A stretch of DNA of 64,000 nt from Macrostomum lignano (taxonomy: Eukaryota), in the NCBI GenBank assembly GCA_002269645.1, contig NIVC01001897.1, positions 113,979 through 177,978 on the forward strand, in the 5' to 3' direction. Shown here piece by piece: positions 55,190-64,000 of this stretch. Made by a program: the position numbers and the translations under genes. The stretch's first letter is position 1, and every line of letters starts with the position of its first letter. The notes under the pieces were generated by a model. It saw only the letters and a program-made list of their open reading frames with translations, had not been told where the DNA came from and did no database searches.

Positions 55190-56105
55190 GGAGAGACAGG
55201 GAGAGGAAGACAGTGAGAGGGAGACAGGGAGAGGGAGACAGGGGAGGGAGACAGTGAGAGGGAGACAGTGAGAGGGAGACAGGGGAGGGAGAGATGGAGA
55301 CAGGGTAGGGAGACAGGGAAGCAGGGAGACAGGGGAGGGAGAGATGGAGACAGGGTAGGGAGACAGGGAAGCAGGGAGAGGGAGACAGTGAGAGGGAGAC
55401 AGGGAGAGGGAGACAGGAGAGGGAGACAGGGAGAGGAAGTCATGGAGAGGGAGACAGGAGAGGGAGACAGGAAGAGGGAGACAGGAGAAGGAGACAGGGA
55501 GAAGGAGACGGGGAGAAGGAGACAGGGAGAGGGAGACAGGAGAAGGAGACAGGGAGAAGGAGACAGGGAGAAGGAGACAGGGGAGAAGGAGACAGGGAGA
55601 GTGAGACAGGGAGAAGGAGACAGGGAGAAGGAGACAGGGAGAAGGAGACAGGGAGAAGGAGACAGGGAAAAGGAGACAGGGAGAGGGGGGTCAGGAGAAG
55701 GAGACAGGGAGAGGGAGACAGGGAGAGGGAGACAGGGAGAGGGAGACAGGGAGAGGGAGACAGGGAGAGGGAGACAGGGAGAGGGAGACAGGGAGAGGGA
55801 GACAGGGAGAGGGAGACAGGGAGAGGGAGACAGGGAGAGGGAGACAGGGAGAGGGAGACAGGGGAGGGAGACAGGGGGAGGGAGACAGGGAGAGGGAGAC
55901 AGGGAGAGGGAGACAGGGAGAGGGAGACAGGGAGAGGGAGACAGGGAGAGGGAGACAGGGGGAGGGAGACAGGGAGAGGGAGACAGGGAGAGGGAGACAG
56001 GGAGAAGGAGACAGGGAGAGGGAGACAGGGAGAGGGAGACAGGGAGAGGGGGAGAGGGAGACAGGAAGACCGGGAGACAATGAGAGGGAGACAGGGAGAG
56101 GGAGA
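55190..56105. repeat. 14-bp minisatellite (GAGACAGGGAGAGG)n
   Basis: Direct reading. Confidence 0.95.
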
Positions 56106-56780
56106 GGTAATCAGAGACTAGCACGGAAAAGAGTAGTAGACAGATACAAAAATGAATTGAACCAGAGGGCTGTTGGCAGTTGATGAGCAGCTGGGTTGCC
56201 TCAGCTCAAATGTGTCTCTGCCCCCTCCATCAATATGCACATATCTGAGAAAATTGACTGGGACTAGCTGGGGCACTCACGACCAGGGAAGGCCGCGGGA
56301 CAGCAGACCTGCAGACTAACAGGCGGCTAATAAAGACCGAATCGAATGCCAGAACATGTTCGACCTGTTCGATTAAACTTCCCCAAGATTGCTGAATCAT
56401 ATACATTTTGGTTTGGCAAAATCAATCAGAGTTGGAATGCATGCATTAAATTAGTAGGATTTGGTTCAATTAAAGAGAAAGAAAGTATCTGATTTGTTAA
56501 TCTCTCCTTTTTTCGCTAATGAGAATGGACTCAATTATTGATTGAATTATTATATGCATCTGTGCATGTCTATGGCTAAACTTTTGTCGCTTTGGCTAGT
56601 TGCTATCTTTAAAAGTGCAAAAGTTTCCTTTGCCAAGTAAGTCCACATATCCTATGCTTCACTTTGTCATCACATTGTTTAGCAATTTGACGATCATTAT
56701 TCGTATATTTTATGCAGAACAAACATTACTACAAACAATGCATTGTCTGTAGGATCGTCAAACAGAAAAACAATGCAAAG

Positions 56781-56875
56781 AATCAGCGGTCACAGCACGT
56801 GGCAACGATTTGTCTATGGCTCGCGCCTACCGGCGCTCGCCAGACAATCGTTGTCACGCACTGGGACCGCTGATT
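56781..56875. other. 95-nt imperfect inverted repeat/hairpin (pre-miRNA-sized or MITE-like)
   Basis: AATCAGCGGTC pairs with GACCGCTGATT; CGTGGCAACGATT with AATCGTTGTCACG; GTCT with AGAC; GCGCC with GGCGC around a TACC loop. Confidence 0.7.
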
Positions 56876-56888
56876 ATTTATCCATTGC

Positions 56889-57075
56889 CTAAACATCACA
56901 TTGACTAAACATCACATTACTTAAACATCACATTGACTAAACATCACATGCCTAAACATCCCATTGACTAAACATCACACTGCCTAACCATCACATTGAT
57001 TAAGCATCACATTACTTTAGCTTTACATTGCCTAAAGATAACATTGCCTTAACTTTATATATTGCCTAAACTTCG
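56889..57075. repeat. 16-bp degenerate minisatellite (CTAAACATCACATTGA)n
   Basis: Direct reading. Confidence 0.82.
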
Positions 57076-58636
57076 CATTTCTTGAACCCATGCGTATTGA
57101 TACTCGTAGTTGCAGGAAAAAATCATAGAATATTTATTGACCATGGAAATTTGATGACTTCTGATAATGTCTCGAAGTCTTCGTTCACAGTCAAAGAGAA
57201 CATTAGGAGAATTCAGTTATAATTTGTCAAGATGAACAAACAAAATTTTTGCCCAGGATTCAACCCTCTATGTGGGTGGAATGCAACCGGTCCTCATTCG
57301 TGTACACTGTATTATGCTGCAATTTCACTTTTAGTTACGTAGTCAAATATCTGCTAGCGGCAGCTGACAAAAAAAACCGACCAACAAGCAGTTTTGAAAA
57401 GCAAACACTGCAGCGCCAGGCGCGTAACCCGGAGATTAGCTTCCAAGATCCCAACCATCACGCCCCAACTCTACCCCTGAAGCTTAACCTCATCGGGTCG
57501 CCAATGCTATTAGAGTGATTGACAGTAAGCAGAGCTCGAATTATCGTTTGGAGTTTAGACTCATCCTGCACAGCAATTTGCCCGACCGAATCTACTGTGG
57601 TATCCATCAAACCGGGAGCTGCACATGTTGGGCAATCGCTATACGACTGACTGCATGCACTGTATACACGACAGCTAGTCCAGAAAACTCATGTGGTTAT
57701 TTTGTTATAGATTATTGGTATCTGCACATAACAGTCAAAATATGGATTTGAGTAACTAGAGCCTATTCAATGACTGATTTATAGATCGGAGGGGTCGCTT
57801 TCACAAACTGGAAATTTTACATTGGAGAGTTGTCACCTAGTAGAAGTACCTAGCAAGACTTTTCAGCTACCTGTCACAAGGCACAGTTTTTCAATAAAAA
57901 TTTCAACATTAGCTAGATAAACTACCACTGCCGCTGTTAGTAGCACAGAGCGCTAATTTTATTTGAACAACAGTCCCGTTCTAAAAATACAGTTTCTTCC
58001 TGGGCATTCCTCTCCAGGATTTCCCTTGCGCAATGGCATACGTAACTGGCTAGGCTAAAAATGCGTTCCACCACGAGGTGGCCTGACGGGCCAGTCGGAA
58101 GAGCCCGAGCAGCCACCCCAACCTCCGCCAAACCACTTGCTCGCCGCGTGAAAGCGATAATAAACAGCGTCGAAATCTCGAATGAATTTGGCTTCAAATG
58201 GAGGTCAAGCGAAGCGGAAAGACGAATAACAACGCAGAGCTTGCAGACAGGACTGGGGGGAGGGGTGGTTTTGGTAAGCAGAGATAGCAAATCTGTGGAC
58301 ACAAAAAGAGACGCAAGGAAAATACCGCTCTACTCGTTTGAGAGCTGCATTAAGAAAGAGAAGAAGAACAGAGACACAGACAGAGAAAGCAGAGCGAAAT
58401 ACAAATCTGTCAGCTTTTCTGGCGGATTGGAACTTAAAAGACGCGGGGTAAATAGGCCCTAATTTTGCAGACGCATCTTGTAGAAGACTCAGGCTATTGT
58501 TCTTCTAGAAAATAGTGCCGTTGGCACGAAACACGCCGACAGGTAGTGACAAAACTCATCGCCTGTGCTGCGGCAAGGTCACTCTCTTTTTTGCATCGTG
58601 TCGTCTCAATAAAGACTTCTGATCTCTGCGTTGGGC

Positions 58637-59324
58637 ATGTCCTCCGATATTGAAACGCAACTGATGCCCATGGAGCTGCAAGCGCAGTCCGGTCAGTTCT
58701 ACAAGTACACGAGTAACAGTAGCTCTCGGCAGATGCAGCAGCAAGCGGCAGAGGCGGTCAAGAGAGAACAACAGAAGATATTGGGTCAATCTGACCAGAA
58801 TCTGCTCAAACAGAAACAGAAGCAGAGCCTGTCTCAGACGGAACAGGGTCAGTTGAAGCAGAAGCAGAAACTGCAGCAGCAGCAACAAAAACCTCAGCAG
58901 GAGCAGCAAATTCCGCAAAAAGAACATGATGTACTAATGCAACAGCTGTCACGGCTAGAACTGCACCAACAGTCAGAAAAAGTGCAGAAACAAGCCAATG
59001 GATCGCTACAAACTTCCGCAAAGCAGCAAAGCCAGCAAAATGGTGAAGATAGTCAGAAAAAATCCGAGAAGCCCAGTCAGCAACAGCTGCCAAGATTGCT
59101 GCAAAAGGAACTGTATCTGGAGCACCAGGAGCAGATGCTAAGCCAAAGCCTGCAGCTTCCCGAGATGCGTCGAGTGGCGTCTTGCGGCTTCACTTACAAG
59201 TCTGCGCGCTCGAAAGGTTTGGAAGAACGAAAGCGTGTCCAATTTGCGGACGAGATGGGGCTCGATTTGACCCAGGTGCGACTCATGCGCGAGCCATCCT
59301 GGGTGCCGCCGGTGCTGCCTAGAG
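58637..59324 (+). CDS. PPP1R3: Glycogen-targeting PP1 regulatory subunit (PPP1R3 family), exon 1: Q-rich N-terminus and RVxF motif
   Basis: ATG at 58637 with an in-frame TAA upstream (58610-58612); RKRVQFADEMGLDLTQVR is the PP1-binding RVxF motif with the ADxxGLxL extension; AGAG|gtgagt donor, phase 1. Symbol is family-level only. Confidence 0.9.
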
Positions 59325-59361
59325 GTGAGTTCAGTCTGCATTCGACAACTGTTTGCTTCAG

Positions 59362-59530
59362 TTGCTTCAGTTCACCCAGCTGTAAAATGGGCATCAGCAT
59401 TAGCTAATTGAGGGTTTGTGTGGCGACCCCCCGTCCTTAAACTGAACAGCCGTGCGCAGTCTTCAGATGCACCGCGCAATAATCCATTGAGGGCAGGTGC
59501 AATCAATTATTAGTATTATCATTATTAATG
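59362..59530 (+). mobile_element. 5'-truncated second copy of the CORE-type SINE, in the PPP1R3 intron
   Basis: About 120 nt align by eye at roughly 80% identity to the reverse complement of about 1948-2072; ATT-rich tail at about 59505-59530. Confidence 0.8.
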
Positions 59531-59872
59531 AAAAATGTGTAAATATATCTTACGGACTATAGCTCCATTTATTATAGTTACAAGCAGAGTTTGTCCATAT
59601 TTTGTTATGAACACACTTTATATACTACTATCCTAACTAGTTAATAGTTTCAAACTATTTTATCTATCAGTTTAGATTTTTATGTAACTTGTCCAAACAC
59701 TGCTTTAGACTTTAAGCTCTCTCCGTGTGTCAGGACTCAGCAAAAGGTGTTCGTAGAAAATCTTAAGAAAGTTATATAGTCGTGGGGTGCTGGCGCCCCT
59801 TGTCCACTCCCTAAAAGATGCGCCACCCAAATAGTACATGTACATCCAATCCTCATGTCCCTTTTTTGACAG

Positions 59873-60504
59873 AAATTCTGGCGAACCTGCCACTGCCCAA
59901 AACGGAAGTCGAATCAACATCAGAGAGCGAATCGGAGGCTACCCTGGCGAGCACCTGTCAGTACAACTGCCGTTTTGAGCAGCCAGTCTCACGGTATGTC
60001 CTGTTTCGCGAGAATCTCGAACGAAATTGCGTTTCCCTGAGTAGCTTGCATTTCGAGGGCTGCACAGCTCGTGGCATTGTCAATGTGAAGAATGTCTGTT
60101 TCGATAAGCGAGTCTTCGTGCGAGTCTCATTCGATTCCTGGCGCAGCTACAAAGACTTCGACGCCAAGTATTTATCATTGTGTGACGGTGGGGCTCACGA
60201 CAGTTTTAGCTTTACATTCCAGTGTCCCACTCCGGCTGTTGACTTCGAATTCTGCGTTTGCTTCGAAGCGCTAAGCTTGGGTCAATCATTCTGGGACAAC
60301 GCCGTGGGACAGAACTATCAAGTGTCGGCTGCGGTGCCGAGTAAAAAGAAGAAAAAGCAACGAAAGAAGAGCCGATCGCCAGTTGCTGCTGCTGCCGATC
60401 CCATCAAAAAGTTCACCAGCAGCTACAGGCCGAGCTTTGAACGAGCGACAGAGTTTTCTGAATACGCCGCTTGGGAGCAACAGTCGATTCGAGTGTACTA
60501 TTAA
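59873..60504 (+). CDS. PPP1R3: PPP1R3-family exon 2: CBM21 glycogen-binding domain, ends ...WEQQSIRVYY*
   Basis: cttttttgacag|AA acceptor matches the phase-1 donor (spliced CDS 1320 nt, 439 aa); FEQP, GIVNVKNVCFDKRVFVRVSFDSW, DSFSF, EFCVCF, FWDNAVGQNY. Confidence 0.95.
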
Positions 60505-60506
60505 AT

Positions 60507-60512
60507 AATAAA
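60507..60512 (+). terminator. Candidate polyadenylation signal AATAAA right after the PPP1R3 stop
   Basis: TAAATAATAAA; its use is unproven. Confidence 0.4.
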
Positions 60513-61974
60513 AAAACACACTAGCTAAATTGGACCAATGGACCCCGATAAAATTATTACATGTAGAATTATTATCTTGCAAAACAAAATTTGTTTACAC
60601 TTGCTCAGTCTACGGTTAATCGCTGGTTAACATTGACAATGTGCAGTTCTTTTTAATTAGCCTTCATTATCAGTATAGCAAGCCCTCTGAAAAGGAGGCA
60701 AGAAATTTCCGTGGGCGGGGGGGGGTTGATGCGGTCTATTTTGAATGTACATTGTAATCAGTTCCCAGTGTCGGTATGTACATTGGCTCCATTCACCCAA
60801 TTTTATTGCCTTCCCCCATGATCTATGGCCATCGTATGTACATCGGCCTAGTTAGCAAACCAATGTACATTTAATGCGCACAAGCACAAGCCCCAAGGAC
60901 CACTTAAGTATGAATAGAAGGACGGGAAACTCCGTATCTTGGAAAATTTTTTGTAGGCAGGTTTTACCGGAAAAATACATTACAGAGAATAGTCGAGGTT
61001 TTCATTGTTTTCAGCACAAAAATTGTTATTGCTTTTTGATGGAATGGAGACCCAGTGTTCATCTTTTAGATATGTCTGCCTTTCTTAACACTCTATTGAT
61101 ATTCATACATAATAATCATCAATACATAGAATCCTTATTTTAGAAACGAAAAGCTTTATGAGTATCAATAGAGCTAGAAATAGTCGCTCCCTTATATCAA
61201 AAGCAATAACAAGTTTATTTTGATTAAAAACTAAAATCTATCTCACTAATGTATTTTTTCGGTAAAACCTGCCTCAAAGTTTTCCAAGAAAGCTATAGTT
61301 TCCCGCGCCCTTCTATTTGAGCAACCCCCTCTAAAAACGCTTGTTGAACTTGCTTTGGAATTTTTTAAAGAAAGATTTTAATCAACTCTAACAAACGATT
61401 GTTTTACATGTATACGAACTCAGGAGACTATTTTCTAATTACAATACGATTTATATGTATCAATAGTACTGCTGCAGAGTGCTGGTTCGTATCCCACTAC
61501 TATTGTCTATTCTGTATTTTAGTGCCATATTCTTCATTTAGTTGACAAGCTAGCATGTATATTTTATGAATGCATTCACTATTCCGTTTTGTCTGTATTT
61601 CTACTGAAGAATCGAATTGGTAAAAATTTCCCAAAGTTACATCACATGCACAATAAATTAGTGCTACGACAGTAATAGTTCCTTTCCATTTACTTGCCAA
61701 AATCTGCACTTGCATCAGCATTCCTGCACGCAACCCAAACAAATTTTAACAAGTTTTTTATTGTGTACTCTGTTGCGAGTAGAAAATGTAAGTACTAGAA
61801 TAATTCATTTCATTGAAACCTGTGGATAAAAATATAGTGGATTTATACTGGATTTTTGTTTTAAATAATCTTGAACTTTACTCGTAATATTAGATTTCGT
61901 ATACACTAAATGTGAGCATACTACTGCATTTGAAATGTCTAATTTCCTACTAAAAGGGAAGAGACCGAGGCCCG

Positions 61975-62390
61975 AGGGTAGAGATTGAGGAGAGAAAGTA
62001 GAAGGAGAAATGGTAGACGAGAGAGGATAGAGGGAGAGAGGGGAGGGAGAGAGGATAGAAGAGAATGGGGTAGAGAGGGTAAAGAGGGAGAGAGTCGGGG
62101 AGAGGGTAGAGGAAGAGAGGGTAGGGGAGAGAGGGTAGAGGAAGAAAGCGTAGGGGAGAGAGGGTAGGGGAGAGAGGGTAGTGGAGAGAGTAGGGGAGAG
62201 AGTAGAGGAGAGAGAAGGGGAGAGAAGTAGGGAAGAGAGGGTAGGGGAGAAAGGGTAGGGCTGTAGGGGAGAGAGAGCAAGGGAGAGAGGGTACAGGAAG
62301 AAAGTAAGGGAGAGAGAGTAGGGGAGAGAGGGTAGAGAGGGTAGAGGAAGAGAGGGTAGGAGAGAGAGGTTAGAGGAGGGTAGAGGAGAG
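61975..62390. repeat. GA-rich low-complexity tract (GAGAGGGTAGG-like)
   Basis: Direct reading. Confidence 0.9.
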
Positions 62391-63021
62391 TGCAGATCAG
62401 GACGGTGCATCAGAAAACAAAGAACCAAAGCAGAAGAGTGCAGTATTTCGATGCGAGAGCAGTTAATTGGGTGCTGTTACAGACGATCGCTAAGCTAAAC
62501 ATCAAGCTAAACATGAAATTAGACAGCCTTGTATTTTCGCCGTGTATCGGATATAAAAAAGTGCATCACGAAATCAATTATAATAGGACAGTTGAAACCA
62601 AAGCGCGCAGTGAAGGTTATTATTAGGTATAATATAGAATATATAGATTTTTATAAAAATTCTGCAAGCGCATTCGTGCACATAAACTATAACCAATTGT
62701 AAAAGCAGGAGCATTACAAGCTTTACATATTATGGAAAAGCAGGAAAAAGGCTTGCTTGAAGAAGTGTGTTACGCGGAGCAAATTTTGTCAGCGGAGTAC
62801 GGAGAGTAAGTAAAAACTGTACTCTAGGACAGACCGGGGATGTATGAATTCGCAAAGTCTGTCACCAGCCTACTTGTAATGAGTAGCATAAATCAGTAAG
62901 CGCAGGTTATTTTAGCGGAAATTTATTGGAAAATCTAGTTATACAGATTTCCTGTGGAGAATTTGTTTGTATAGGCTTGGTGAGAAGCGCAAATTTGATG
63001 GGAAAATGAAAAACGAGATTG

Positions 63022-63083
<62 letters not shown>

Positions 63084-63209
63084 GCAGACAGACAGACAGA
63101 CAGACAGACAGATAGATAGACAGATAGATAGACAGATAGATAGACACACAGACAGACAGACGGACAGACAGACAGACAGGCAGACAGACAGGCAGACAGA
63201 CAGACAGAC

Positions 63210-63254
<45 letters not shown>

Positions 63255-63365
63255 GGCAGACAGACAGACAGACAGACAGACAGATAGATAGACAGATAGA
63301 TAGACAGATAGATAGACACACAGACAGACAGACGGACAGACAGACAGACAGGCAGACAGACAGGC

Positions 63366-63404
<39 letters not shown>

Positions 63405-63480
63405 TAGACAGACAGATAGATAGACAGATAGATAGACAGACAGACAGACACACAGACAGACAGACAGACAGACAGAGAGA
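63022..63480. repeat. (GACA/GATA)n microsatellite
   Basis: Direct reading. Confidence 0.97.
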
Positions 63481-64000
63481 TAGGCAAAGACAGAGACAAA
63501 GACCATGCCAGGAGCAGAAGAAGCAATGAAGCAATGCAATTATCACAACAGAAAGCCAAATAATTCTTGCTAATCAAAACTGGCATGAATAAAAAAATTC
63601 CGCTTCAAAATGAAAGTTCGCAAATTACAGAGAAAAAAGTGAAATCCTATTGCACTTTTAAACAACAGACGGACTCGAAGACCAGATTAATTAATTAAAA
63701 AAAGGTGGTTATTAAATCTGAGGTAATTTACAAACTATACAATTGACGATTGCAGTAATTAGTAAAACAGTAAAGACTCCTTCGATTAGAAGACATGTTA
63801 CTTCAGATTGAAAATATCAAATACGATGTGGTTGGGAATTTAAAATCGGCCAGACAGGCATTCAGTCAGCGAAACAGAAAGCTCATCGGATGTAAACAGG
63901 GACCACTAAGTAAGAAATATCAAGTTAGTAGAAGAAGGGTTGTACGCAATTATGCATAATTAATCAGGCAGTCAGTTACACACCGATTATTGGATAATTA

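Overview
Eukaryotic (metazoan) genomic DNA. GC-rich exons sit among dozens of distinct micro- and minisatellite arrays, and there is one 21-N scaffold gap. This style most resembles the flatworm Macrostomum lignano, but that is inference only. Two protein-coding genes are supported. (1) A minus-strand protocadherin with signal peptide, 7 cadherin repeats, a transmembrane helix and a cytoplasmic tail. Nine coding exons were recovered between 22650 and 3808 (about 1130 aa), and one phase-shifting exon remains unresolved. (2) A plus-strand two-exon glycogen-targeting PP1 regulatory subunit (PPP1R3 family: RVxF plus CBM21, 439 aa, 58637-60504). The window also has two copies of a tRNA-derived CORE-type SINE, an inverted duplicate of the protocadherin terminal exon next to the gap (probably assembly or haplotype redundancy), and a 95-nt pre-miRNA-sized hairpin. 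Almost all long ORFs in the supplied track are artefacts of tandem repeats. I found no clearly new multi-gene system. The best leads are: protocadherin introns whose splice sites are made of minisatellite units, a symmetric cassette exon flanked by reverse-complementary arrays, the CORE-SINE family, the hairpin, and a G_L-like C-terminal YY motif in the PPP1R3 protein. Array boundaries are approximate (about +/-20 nt); exon boundaries were counted by hand.
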